From Azolla caroliniana (Eukaryota > Plantae > Polypodiophyta): 64,000 bases of DNA. The notes beneath the pieces are model-generated. The model was not told the DNA's origin. It saw only the letters and a list, made by a program, of their open reading frames with translations, and searched no databases. A program made the position numbers and the translations under genes. Position 1 is the stretch's first letter; each line of letters opens with the position of its first letter. Where the stretch lies: contig JBHGNT010000015.1 of NCBI GenBank assembly GCA_043228905.1, positions 1,364,001 through 1,428,000 on the forward strand, read 5' to 3'. Below are positions 14,806 through 26,562 of the stretch, piece after piece.

Positions 14806-17786
14806 TCATTTGGTTGTATAGTAATATAATTTTGATGAATTCCATGTGCTTACCTTGAGATGTGTTCTTTCTAAGTAGAGTGATTATCATGTGAAATGTG
14901 CACTCTCAATGAATCACTACTCTTTTCGTGAAAATGTTTTGCATTTGGTTCCAGAAATCATAATTGACCTCTTTAGGACTATACTAAAATCTCTCTATCC
15001 ATCTATCTCTTGTATGCACACTTATTTGTGTGGAGAATTCTCTAGAAAAATTGTCAGCCATTGGTGTCAACAAGGCTCGAAAATTCCAGCAAGCAATCGA
15101 GTAGTTTGTTTGATTGATTTGTACATTTTTACTAGTGATCCTCATTGATTTTGAATTGTTTGTTTATCTAGGTATTTATTGTGGGTCACAAACTTGTCGT
15201 TTTGCAATAGGACGTGCCATAAATGATTTCATGGATAACTAGCACTAGCGATGTTACAAGTCTCAATAAAGATATGCAATTAATTTATGAAGTCTTGACC
15301 TGTTCTTCAACTAAAGGGTTGGTTCAAGATTTAAGTGAAATTGTCTAGCTAGGTATGCTTACCTCTGAATGTCTAGTAGCTTCTTTTTTAGCTGATGGTT
15401 AAATCAAACTACTTGCTGATTATTGTTGTTTAATATGAATGACAACAACAATTTAGTGGTGATTGGGATACACTTTGAAGCATTTTGAGGAGTTTTTCAT
15501 TATCTGCTTCACAATATATTTCTTAATATGGTCATCTATGTGCATTTCATGGAAATCTAGTTTTGTGTAGAGAAACACGTACTATTTTCCCGATCTAGAT
15601 ATTGTCAAAGACTTTGGAATGAACACTTTCTAGTAGTAAAACTAGGCTTCCCTTCTTTCACCATTATTGTTAATTCACGTAACTATGTATGCAACAATGT
15701 GGTAATTAGGCCACAAAATTAAAACATATATAAATTTGAGGATGGACCAGTAATTCTTGGGGCAAATTTTGCACGCTAGCTACACAATGCTTTTTTAATT
15801 TGGTTTTTGATGACTAGTTTTGTCAATTGAAAAAATAAACTTTGGTTTGCATTATTACATGCAAGGGGCGTAAAGCGTCAAAACTTAACATGGCAAACCA
15901 AGTCATATATTGCATTGGAACTATGTAGGTTGGGTTGTTACCATAATATGGATATGTCATTATTATACGCAATGTACAATCATTTGCTCGCAACAAGTCT
16001 GGAAAAGATAATTTTTTGTTTGTTGAAGTTTCCTTTCAAGTTACATGGCATAACGGAGTAAAAGTGATTACATTTATGTAGGAGTTTTATAAATACTTTT
16101 GAATCTTGATCAACAAGCTCAAAAATTCAGCTACACTTGCATTGAAGGAGACAATGTTTCCATGAATGTTGATTCATAATGTCATTTATCAGTTAATTCA
16201 AATACCATTCATATGTGTCGCAACCCATTGGAAAGGAAACTCTGCATGATAGCAAGTTCTAATTTCCATTGCATATGATTGATCGAATTCTTAGTAGTTT
16301 TTATTGAATATTTCCGATCGGCAAGCTCAAAATTTCGAGTGTTAATTTACAAATACTTTTGACAAAGAAGCTCAAAAATTCAACCACGCTTGTGTTCAAT
16401 GAGCCATTGTTTTCTCAAACATTGCTTCTAAATGTCATTCATGAGTTAGTTAAAGTAGCATTTATGCGATTAGCACATCACTATAATGACAACAACACAT
16501 AATAGCAATGCAATAATTTTACTTGCATGTGATCAAGCTCTTAATGTCTTAGAGAAGGACCACACGACACGGAGAGTAACTTTGTGACATGCAATAATGA
16601 AGAGCTATAAAACAGAGAAGACCTAATGAAGTGCATTTATGAAAATGTTGAGACTTTACTAACATTGTCTACATAAAGTCGTTCCTGGATCATTTTGGTG
16701 AAATAGAATTCAATGAGCTTGTTTGACGACCAATGTATTGTAAGGTGATGTCGGACAAGGATTGATTGGCCTGTGTTGCTTGCCTCCATGAATGATCTAC
16801 GTAATAGTATATGCATTCAATCCCCCTTGGAGCTAAACAACATTTGAGGTCAAAGACTAAATTTCTTGGAGTTGGGGGAGGTCTACAATCTAGATCTCCA
16901 AAGAAGAGCTTGAATCTCGTTTTTTTCTTGGATCACTCGAAGCATTTTGTCATGTTGGTGTCCAAAAGTTGCATGCTATTATTGTGCAAATGAAATCCAT
17001 ATTCATCAATGAAGTTGGGACCATGTGTATGGACAATTGAACTATAGTGCTAAGAGGTAAGCACACTGATTCTATTGTGGAGGTTGTGGAACAATCGCGC
17101 ATTACTTTTGTGCATTGTAGTATGTTGACATTCATCAAGGAAACCAACACGTGTGCCAACAATGCATGCTCAATGGAATAAGATCTTCATGAAATGATAC
17201 TAAATTAATACAACTCACAAGTCGAACTATGTCAAGAAACGTTCTCAAGACGAAATACATTAGGAGAATCGATCCGGCCACGAACAAATCATGGGCACAA
17301 ACAAAAATCAAAAGGAACAATAATGCTAGTTATATCGATTGATTTTGTGCAATATTATTAGGAAGCGTAAACCCTAAACCATAAAGGTCGAGGGGATACG
17401 GTCTTCAATGAAATGACGCTTGATACCACAACTCCTAGGTGGCACTAAGGCATACATTAAGAGAATGGATTCGATGAGGAACAAATCATGGGCACAAACA
17501 CAAACCAATGGAACAATAATACTAGTTATATATGGTTTTATGCAATATTATTTAGGAAGCATAGACACATCACATTTCAACATGATAAAAATATAATGTA
17601 CCATGGTTCCTTGGTGAGACAAATAAATCAATGCAATATATTTACTCAAATTTTAGATTGCAAGCTGCATTAGAATGTGTGATACGACTCCACACAGGTG
17701 TTCATGGTTTGACTCCACTACTACCCAACCCGAACCGAACCGAAACGTCCCCACCGACCAAGTATATTTACCAATGAGGAAACACT

Positions 17787-19556
17787 TCACCCCTTAATTA
17801 TGCCAAGGTAGATGAGGATGAACTTGAGGTTCTTGTGGCGGTAGAGCGCGGAGAGGAGGGCCTTGCTCCGGGCGGTGTAGGGCGGGTACCGGAACGGGGC
17901 CAAATCGCCTCGGATGCGGACAATAGGCTTCATGTGCGAGAAGGTGTGGAAGCCATACTCCCCATGGTACGAGCCCATCCCGCTCTGCCCGACCCCTCCG
18001 AACGGGATGCAATCTAGTGTGAACTGGATCGCAACATCATTGATCACGAGCGAGCCTGAGGATGTCCGGGCGGCCACGGCATCCGCCACGGCATTGTCCC
18101 GGCTGAACACGTAGATGGCCAATGGCTTCGGTTTCGAGTTCACCAAGTCCACGCCTTGCGTCAAGATGTTGTCCACCTCCACTATGGGCAGGATGGGCCC
18201 GAAGATCTCCTCCGTCATCACGAGCGATTCGGGCGCGGGATTCAGTAGGATTGTGGGACGCATCTGGAGCCGGCTCCTCCGGCTCCGGCTCCGGCCGGTG
18301 GTGGTGATTCTGGGATGGGAAGAAGAAGATTCCACTACGACTGCCTCTCGATCCCACCATTCCACCTCGATCGCGCCGCCTTTCACCGCTTCTTCGACCA
18401 TGCTCTCGAGGCGGAGGAGATGCGAAGCGCTGACGATCCGCGCCGATCCCGTGCTGGCGGGCAATGCCGATCTCCGCAGGCCTTGGGTTCCCTGATCGTT
18501 CTGGCCTTTGATGCCTTGCTCGATGTCGTGATTCCCTGATTGTTCTGGCCTTTGATTCCTTGCTTGATTGGATGACCATGGAGATGGCGATGGCGATGGT
18601 GATGGCGAAGGATCGATCTGCGCCGCCGCCGGAAGAGGAGCCATCTCTGCGCATTCTGCGTCCTCCTCCTCCTCCTCCTGCTGCTCTTCACCTGGATCCG
18701 AATCCCCGCCTCTGAAGCCGAACTCCGCCAGGGCCAGTTTCAGAGCTTCCACAAATCCGGCGCACACCGATTTCTCCACCACCACGTAATCGGGGGCGAT
18801 GCAGGTTTGGCCGGCGCAGAAGCTCCACTTAGGGTTCGCGATGCGGCGGGCGGCGAGGCGGAGGTCGGAGGAGGCATGGACGAGGACGGGGCACTTGCCG
18901 CCGAGCTCGAGGGTGAGGGGGGTGAGGTAGACAGAGGCGGCGGCCATGATGGAGCGGGCGATGGCGGGGCTGCCGGTGTAGAAGATCTTGTCCCAGCGCA
19001 GGGACAGGAGGGAGGAGCAGAGGGGTGGGCCGCCGAGGAGGATCTTGAGGGCGGAGGGGTCGAGGTAGGCGGGGAGGAGGCGGGAGAGGAGGGAGGAGGA
19101 GGAAGGGGAGAGCTCCGAGGGTTTGAGTAGAGCTGCGTTGCCTGCGGCTATGGCGGCGATGAGGGGCTCCAGGGAGAGGAGGAAAGGGTAGTTCCAGGTG
19201 GAGAAGATGAGGGCCACGCCGAGGGGCTCGGGGCACAGGGTAGCGGAGGAGGCGGAGACAGAGAGGAACCATGGCAAGGAGGAAGGAGAAGAGGTGTTGT
19301 TGGAGAGGCGGCGGAGATGGCGGAGCATGAAGGAGCAGGCGTTGAGGAGCGGGTGGAGCTCCGTGAAGTCGGATTCGAAGGCGGATTTGGAGAGATCGGC
19401 GGCGAGGCAGGCGTGGATCTCCGACTCGTGCTCGCGCAGGAGGCGGGAGAGGGACATGAGCTGGCGCCGCCGCCACGACAGGGGGCGGGTCCGCCCGCTC
19501 AGGAAGGCGGCGCGGAGCTCCTGGTTCGCCGCCTCCGCTTCCTGGCTTGGGTCCAT
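17787..19556 (-). CDS. ALDH3: Aldehyde dehydrogenase family 3 (ALDH3), intronless, ~589 aa from the ATG at 19556
   Basis: Motifs PEPLGVALIFSTWNYPF, AAGNAALLKPSE, FYTGS, LELGGKCP, AGQTCIAPDY (catalytic Cys), EEIFGPILP, PFGGVGQSGMGSYHG and RYPPYT. The upstream in-frame ATG at 19718 adds non-homologous sequence, so MDPSQE is preferred as the start. Confidence 0.92.
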   Translation of the reverse strand: MDPSQEAEAANQELRAAFLSGRTRPLSWRRRQLMSLSRLLREHESEIHACLAADLSKSAFESDFTELHPLLNACSFMLRHLRRLSNNTSSPSSLPWFLSVSASSATLCPEPLGVALIFSTWNYPFLLSLEPLIAAIAAGNAALLKPSELSPSSSSLLSRLLPAYLDPSALKILLGGPPLCSSLLSLRWDKIFYTGSPAIARSIMAAASVYLTPLTLELGGKCPVLVHASSDLRLAARRIANPKWSFCAGQTCIAPDYVVVEKSVCAGFVEALKLALAEFGFRGGDSDPGEEQQEEEEEDAECAEMAPLPAAAQIDPSPSPSPSPSPWSSNQARNQRPEQSGNHDIEQGIKGQNDQGTQGLRRSALPASTGSARIVSASHLLRLESMVEEAVKGGAIEVEWWDREAVVVESSSSHPRITTTGRSRSRRSRLQMRPTILLNPAPESLVMTEEIFGPILPIVEVDNILTQGVDLVNSKPKPLAIYVFSRDNAVADAVAARTSSGSLVINDVAIQFTLDCIPFGGVGQSGMGSYHGEYGFHTFSHMKPIVRIRGDLAPFRYPPYTARSKALLSALYRHKNLKFILIYLGIIKG

Positions 19557-19763
19557 GACCCTGCCGAACCGAACCGAAAACCGAACCGAACCGAACTGAA
19601 AGGAGCGCTTGTGATTGCAAGTAACTGAAATATCCCTACGCCTCCTCTGCTCCTCTCCTAAAATATACCCCCAGAGATCTCTACCAACCTCTCTTACCAC
19701 ATTTATGATGAGACCCATGCATCCCTATCCATACATACGTACGTAGTATACATACTATACCTA

Positions 19764-20155
19764 CATGCTATACTATACTACACAATGTACATACATATAT
19801 GTACATACATCCATACATTATTATTACATACATACATGTTATACATACTATACCTACATGCTATACTATACTACACAATGTACATACATATATTATATAT
19901 ACATACATACATCCATACATTATTATTACATACATACATGTTATACATACTAGACATACATGCTATACTATACTACACAATGTACATACATATATTATAT
20001 ATACATACATCCATACATTATTATTACATACATACATGTTATACATACTAGACATACATGCTATACTATACTACACAATGTACATACATATATTATATAT
20101 ACATACATCCATACATTATTATTACATACATACATGTTATACATACTAGACATAC
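19764..20155. repeat. G-poor CATA-derived minisatellite, ~93-102 bp x4
   Basis: Units catgctatactatactacacaatgtacatac... start at ~19764, 19857, 19959 and 20057. Confidence 0.9.
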
Positions 20156-20529
20156 ATTTACATACATACATACATTAGACATATATACGTTACGTCATAG
20201 TATGAACCATACGTGCATGGTATGCTAAACATATATACGTTACGTCATAGTATGAACCATACGCACATGGTCTGGACTCTGGTATAGTATAAATCATTCG
20301 AGTATGGTAAACACCCTCGAAGAATGGTAAATACCATACTTTTAGATTAACTATTTATTATGAGGTAAATAAACCTAAAAAATAGGAAAAAAAAAACAAT
20401 AAAAAAAGGGAAAAAAACCCCAAAAAAACACATGAATGTTTGAATAACATTCGCATTCGTTTTCCAACGTATGAAAACGAATGCTATGCTAGACAAACAC
20501 GAATTTTACGTACTATTTGTTATGTACGG

Positions 20530-20587
<58 letters not shown>

Positions 20588-21239
20588 ATATGTATATATG
20601 TATATGCATACCTCCATCCACACACACTTTTTAGTTTTTCGACTATCCACCCCCTATCATGGCACCACCAACATCTGCCATGATTCTGATCCTTACGTTT
20701 CAGTCCCAACACGATTTGTAACTTTCACTCATGCGATCACCGTGCTCCCTTTTTCTTGCCGAAAACAAACAAACTATGTATAGCCAACAAGAATGTCCCT
20801 TGTGATGGGATGGGATGGGATGGGAATGCAATGTGGGAGCCACTTAGATCCTACCATCATGAGATATTGGTTGCTCTCTCAATCATTGAACATTGATGGC
20901 CTTTGTCCATCGCCAGCATGATAAATGGATATATTGGTCACTTTTCAAGTATGCTCATACTGCTATGTTTAAGGCTCAAATTGTAATAAGTTAAGAATGA
21001 AACATCTTTTTCCAAAAGGAAGATGAGATCTTACCAACACCATACAAACATGCCCATCCATACAAATGTTCTAATTTTACCAACTTCAATCATTCCCCTT
21101 GAATGGCCACATAATGTAAATAATGATGAAAATCATATAGCTTCATACTTAAAAGTGTCAACAACTTAACAACTACCAAAAATTTATTAGAGTCCACATA
21201 CATAATGTCTTTGATAAGGTGACGTCCAACGCACTCTCA

Positions 21240-21660
21240 TAGCAAGGACCATATTATTGCTCTATCAATAGGAAACTAGGGAAGGAGCCACCACAAAGGC
21301 CAATTTATAATCTTTTGCCATTGACACTTGACGTTCTTTGGAGATTTATTGATGAGAATTTGATGATGGTAATTTATGTGACAATTGTGATCCCCTACTA
21401 CTAATGCACCTATCTTCATTATTAAGATGAAAGATGGTGTTCTTCATTTGGTTGTGGATTATTAAGAATTGAATAAGGTCACTCTTCAAATGATTAGATA
21501 TGCTTTGTCGTAGTTCTCAAATTTTTGGATAAACGCCTAGAGTCAAATATGTGAAAGAGCTAGATTTTAAAGGTGCTGACATCCTTCTTTGGATATATTT
21601 TGGTGAATGACTGGAAGATTGCTTTTTGCACGTGATATGGACACTTTGAATATACACTTA
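21240..21660 (+). pseudogene. Degenerate Ty3/Gypsy (chromovirus-like) reverse transcriptase remnant; second copy at ~29630-30050
   Basis: Decayed motifs resembling PIYNL, APIF..K.KDG.L.LVVDY and WK.AF.T.YGHFEY. Confidence 0.6.
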
Positions 21661-22566
21661 TATATGTTAGTTATGGGATAGTCTATAATATATAAATTAA
21701 TAAAGCTAGGGGTTAATTACACACAACAAAAGTAACGGATGGGTATCGTTGGATATTGATACAAGTAATCACCCTACAAACACATCAAGGCTCAATATTA
21801 GAATATGTAAAGTTATAAGCCTCGTTCCAAAGGCCCAAAGGAATTAAAGAGGTAGATAGGTACATGAAAAGGTGATGGGAAGCGTGGTCCTTCCCCAATC
21901 ACACTCAACAATTAAATCACCATTTTTGTAAATTGATCGGGGGAGCTTTTGGGATGCTTGTAATGGATTTTGTTGAAAGATCATTAAGACAATCAAATTA
22001 TATCAAGTGAGCTGCGAATCATATTCCTCTCCTTGTTATACCTACTAACTAATAGAGTATACATTTAGTACTTACACACACAACACACATTGTGTGCTCT
22101 AACTGATTTTAAGGGCCAAGACAAGAACAATATTGGGATACACCAACTTACATTAATGCAAATATTTCACTAGTGATATCATGAGCCCAAAGCTCAAAAA
22201 AGTTTATTTTGTTCTTTTGTATATGTTTATGACATAAATAAGCCGCTCTAAAAAGCTTATGCCCTTTTGAAGGTATGATCAAGTAGCAATGGGCATGGTT
22301 TCGGCTCAAACCGAACCGAACCGTTAAGCCATGGTTTAACGGTTTATTGGTTCCAAAATAATTTAATGGTTTGGTTTAAATTTTCAATAAACAGTTTGGT
22401 TTGGTTCTAACACTCTGGTTTGTAGGTTTTTGGTTAACTTTTTCTTTACCTTAATAGTTTATTAATTTAATGGTTTTTTATTGATTTAACTTAAATGTTT
22501 ATTTAATTAATGGACGAATGATTCTCAAACAAGAATGGACGAATGGTATGCATGGTTCATACTATG

Positions 22567-23268
22567 GTCTATTCCATCTCGTATTGCAATGTTTCTTGAT
22601 CCCAAGTAATACTTTCCTTTATGTCTTACAATTATCTTCATGCTTTCTAATATTTTATTTGAGTTTAATAATATTTTTCATTCCTTTATAGATTGCATGT
22701 TCCAAATGACCATTATATAGAAAGAGAGTTGGATATTAAGTTGGTTGAAGGCATGATTGAGTTCCATTACCACTCATTCTCGACTGGTGTTGTGCCACCT
22801 TTAACCACAATACAACCAATTGATAATAACTCTAAAATTTGGAGGTTAATGGGTGTACATAATAAAAGTCTTGTTTCCGATTCACGATAAGAAATTGAGC
22901 AGTTCATAAGACTTCATTTAGTTAGCACAGACAAGGATCCTTTACAATGGTGGTATGATAATAAATCTGCAATGCCACAACTATATAGGATGGCATGTGA
23001 TTACCTTCCTTTACCAGCATCATCAGTACCTGTTGAAGAGGCAAATTCAGCAACAAAAATGACCTTTGATGACAAGATCAAACTACATTCATGCACATTC
23101 AAGGTCGAAATGTGTATTCGATCATGGATAGAAGTTTTGCAAGAATTTGATGTTCGGATAACATATAACTTTCACATGGCTTATGAAGAACTAAAATTTA
23201 ATCTAGATAATCTTGTTGGTGAAGACGAGGTAATAGATTACATGTTACGTGATAATCATTGGAGATAA
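22567..23268 (+). pseudogene. 3' fragment of hAT transposase (dimerisation domain)
   Basis: DPLQWWYDNKSAMPQLYRMACDYLPLPASSVPVEEANS. Probable GT-AG intron at ~22607-22691. Confidence 0.85.
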
Positions 23269-23840
23269 GGTGTGCATACTTTTTATTTAATTCTTTAATT
23301 TTATTTTTTATTACTAGTTTCTTACTTATTTTATGTTTTCTATACATTCATGGTACAAGAATCATAATAGTTTTTCACAAGTCCATGAAATGCAAGTTGC
23401 AATTGGAGATCCTCGAAGACATTATAACTTTTTAGTGCATGCTTTTTACGATTTTGTTTTTATTTTATTCTTTAATTTTTTATTACGAATTACTTCTTTT
23501 TACATATTTTATACTTCCAGGAATTCGTAATTCAAGCTGAAAGTAAACATTGGAAACTAAAAGAGGAGCGTTAGTTTATGTAGAGGTTTTTCACATTTTT
23601 CTTATATTGTTCACTTTGTTGTGGATAGTAGATACAAACTTAATGTAGACTTGAACCCTATAAGGTCGATTGTTGGTCATAAGCTCTAGGATTTCATTCC
23701 AAAAAACTTTTACTTTTTTATGTTTTATCTTAACATTCTCCACAAAACTTAAATTTCAGAAAATCTGGTGTAAATTTTTGTTAATTATTATTTTCTTCTT
23801 CAAAAAACATTGAAAATGTGTACATTTCTGTTTTTCTTTC

Positions 23841-24020
23841 AACAATTCTTTTGTAGGAATAGTCTCCCATGCAGAAAAGCCAAACACACAAAAAAGCCTA
23901 GAAATTGAAACCTTTATTTATATTTCCTATAGGGATGGTGAAAGAATTGAAATAACCAACCATAGAACTATACAATCAGTTAGAGCTTGTTTGGTAATTA
24001 ATTGGCAGAAACATTTCTAT
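23841..24020 (+). pseudogene. rpoC2: Plastid rpoC2 fragment 1
   Basis: ...[29 protein letters not shown] resembles the rpoC2 motif IQLVRTCLVLNW. Confidence 0.75.
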
Positions 24021-24044
24021 CATTTTTCCTCTACAAGAAAGGTT

Positions 24045-24285
24045 TAGGGTTAGCTTTAATCGTTCTTGTAGCAAATTCGCTACAGATCGAACACGTTGAT
24101 TCTTCAAATGATCTATGTCGTCGAGACTACCTATTCCATAGCTTATCTCTATTAGACGATCTGCAGCTGCCAATATGTCTTGTGGTAATGAAAATTGTTC
24201 TGTTTCAGGTACATCAAGAGCTAATTTAACGTTCAAATTTCGTCGACCGATCCGTCCTAATTCACATACATGCTGAAAAAAATAT
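24045..24285 (-). pseudogene. rpoB: Plastid rpoB fragment 1
   Basis: [17 protein letters not shown]...[10 protein letters not shown]...[20 protein letters not shown]. Confidence 0.92.
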
Positions 24286-25278
24286 TGATAAGTTTCAAGC
24301 AACATATTATAGATAAGGAAATCCTTGAATGGAGAGCGGTTCCGTTTCCATCTACTTCTATGAACCAGAAGCCTGAAACGAGTGAATCGCTCCTCCATTG
24401 ATTTCACTCGACTGGGAAGACCCTCTCCTTAAAAACTCCCATTCCTTTCAATCTCGTTCTCCTAAAATATCTACCTTTTTATCTTCTATCCTCTCTTGCT
24501 TTTTTGTTCATTGCTACATCTATTCCTCCCCTTCTTGCTTGACACAACCCTACGTTTCTTATAACTTCCTATGTTTCGACATATCCATATCGACCTAAGA
24601 TAAGATAGTCTGTTACCCGATCGTTCAGAAGGTGGGTAAACCTCTCTCTTCTTCCAGAATTTTGTCACCTTTGCGTCGCATCAATAGACCCTCGGCTCGG
24701 GATTTTCTTAATATATATATATATCTTTCTTTCTTTCATTTTCCGTCGTCGAACAAACGGTGTCTACTGAATACTCCCCCACAGTCCTAATATCTTTCAA
24801 CAACTATTCTAGATATAGCATCTTTTCCCTCTGTCGGTGAAGAAAAAAAAAGAGGTATTGCATGATGCAAGCGAGAAGAGAAACAAAAAGTATATTCTTC
24901 GAGAGATTGGGATATACTAATATTCATGGATCCGCCTGATCTCCCTGCGACACTGATCCATACTCTATAAATACCCCAATACTTATTTTACCAATCTCTC
25001 ATAAGAATTGAAAGCTTTCTGGTTTTGATTTGTTTGCTAGTACGATAACTTCAACCCAGATTTGATTAGTAAAAAGCATGTAAAACCTCGATGTTGAATC
25101 AAAGGTCTATTTTCTTAATTCTAGCAAGTTCGGGTAGTTTCAATAGAATCCTTTTTTTTGTGAGGAATTTAAAAAACAGATCAGGAAGTTTAATCCTAAT
25201 CAAGTAGGTCGAATAACTACTCGGTAACTCAACAACTAAGAGTCACTCGGACAATAAAATGAAAAAAATAAATAGATA

Positions 25279-25352
25279 TTGGCAAATATCCGAGTACCTG
25301 AAAGGGCTACTTATATACGTGTGATAATGCTTGAACTAAGCCGAATAGCTTC
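25279..25352 (+). pseudogene. ndhH: Plastid ndhH fragment
   Basis: [25 protein letters not shown]. Confidence 0.9.
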
Positions 25353-25418
25353 TAATAGGTTTCCGATGGCTACTCGGTAAAAATCATCCTTGGCGGGAGA
25401 TAAATCAACTGGTTCTTC
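25353..25418 (-). pseudogene. rpoB: Plastid rpoB fragment 2
   Basis: [21 protein letters not shown] resembles rpoB YLSPxxDExYxVAxGN. Confidence 0.7.
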
Positions 25419-25479
25419 CACAAACGATTTTTGTTTTTCAAAAATAAGTAATCGAGAAGGGTATAAAAGATAATATTTT

Positions 25480-25592
25480 TAATTATGGTATTTCGTTGGA
25501 TTAACAACGGTATTTTTCTAATTAGCAGTTTGATGGGTTGGCTATTGGGTCACATAATATTTCGTTCCTTATCTCGACTATTCATTGTTCAG
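25480..25592 (+). pseudogene. ycf1: Plastid ycf1 N-terminal fragment
   Basis: FRWINNGIFLISSLMGWLLGHIIF...IERD resembles ycf1 FVTSSFVGWLIGHILF. Confidence 0.75.
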
Positions 25593-26044
25593 ATAGAGAG
25601 AGATTTGCCAATGGGATGCGTCCACTTCTGACATATTTCTCACAATCGAGGAGAATTTTGTAACTCGGGATTAAAAGTACTATGTACATACTGAGGGTTC
25701 TCTTCCAGGATTAATCAATTAATCCTTCAATCAAGCTTCATAAAGACGAGTCTAATCTGACAATCTCGATTGGGTGATCAAAGACCGATTCAAATCCTTT
25801 TTTTTTTTTGAGGTTTCTTTTATAAAAACAATCTTCTTTCTGGAAACCCATTAGGAAGGAACTTTTTCGGATTTGGCGGAATAATTTTATGACTCCCCTC
25901 CGAACACGGCCCACAACTTTCATTATACCGCGAAATACGGAACTGTATAAGATTTCCCTATCAATGAGATTCCATTTGCTAGAAAGTGATTGCTTCTGAA
26001 TCTATCTCTACCTTACCACTTCTTAATATTAGTTTCTTAATTGC

Positions 26045-26308
26045 ACCAAACCGAAGGGGGCAACTTCTTCTTGGTTCCCAAAGAATTTTACACCATCCAG
26101 GAACCCTCTTCATCCATTTCAGTAACAAACAATACTATTACTGAAGAAGGTACCCAAATAACCTCTAGTATTCTTAGTAAAACAAGTGGACCCATCCGAA
26201 TTGAAAGGAGCCGAAATAGTACTGAAATAAGAATCCTCCCTGGATATTTTTATACTCCAGAAGGACGAACCAGTATGTCCAAACAAGGTGATATTCTGAT
26301 TCCACTAG
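26045..26308 (+). pseudogene. rpoC2: Plastid rpoC2 fragment 2
   Basis: FFLVPKEFYTIQEPSSSISVTNNT...GTQITS...SGPIRIER...ILPG...SKQGDILIP. Confidence 0.82.
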
Positions 26309-26562
26309 ACAGCCGGTACGATAACTATGAAAATGGCTCCATCCCTGGTCAGGTTATATGAACAGATGCCTGAACCAAAATACGTAATTGCTATGGGAGC
26401 CTGCACAATTACAGGAGGTATGTTTAGTACAGATTCCTACAGCACTGTTCGCGGGGTAGATAAATTAATTCATGTAGATATTTATTTGCCGGGTTGTCCA
26501 CCTAGACCCGAAGCTATTATTGATGTTGTGACCAAACTTCGCAAACAAGTGGCTCGAGAGAA
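26309..26562 (+). pseudogene. ndhK: Plastid ndhK fragment
   Basis: [61 protein letters not shown]. Confidence 0.95.

Larger units (their letters stand above)
19494..22500. repeat. Segmental duplication copy A (ALDH 5' end, upstream region, hAT left end)
   Basis: Colinear, high-identity match to 27365-30900. Confidence 0.92.

Noticed and set aside
16560-17260. Possible DUF659-type hAT transposase remnant
   Set aside because: Only faint motifs (VFFLD, INEVG); too decayed to support.
17794-19628. Many overlapping or antisense ORFs over ALDH
   Set aside because: Expected by-product of extreme GC content.
19557-19718. N-terminal 54-aa extension of ALDH
   Set aside because: Non-homologous, AT-richer, crosses the AACCG repeat, and carries indels in duplicate copy B.
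19765-20783. Tyr/His/Ile-rich ORFs
   Set aside because: Translations of CATA micro- and minisatellites.
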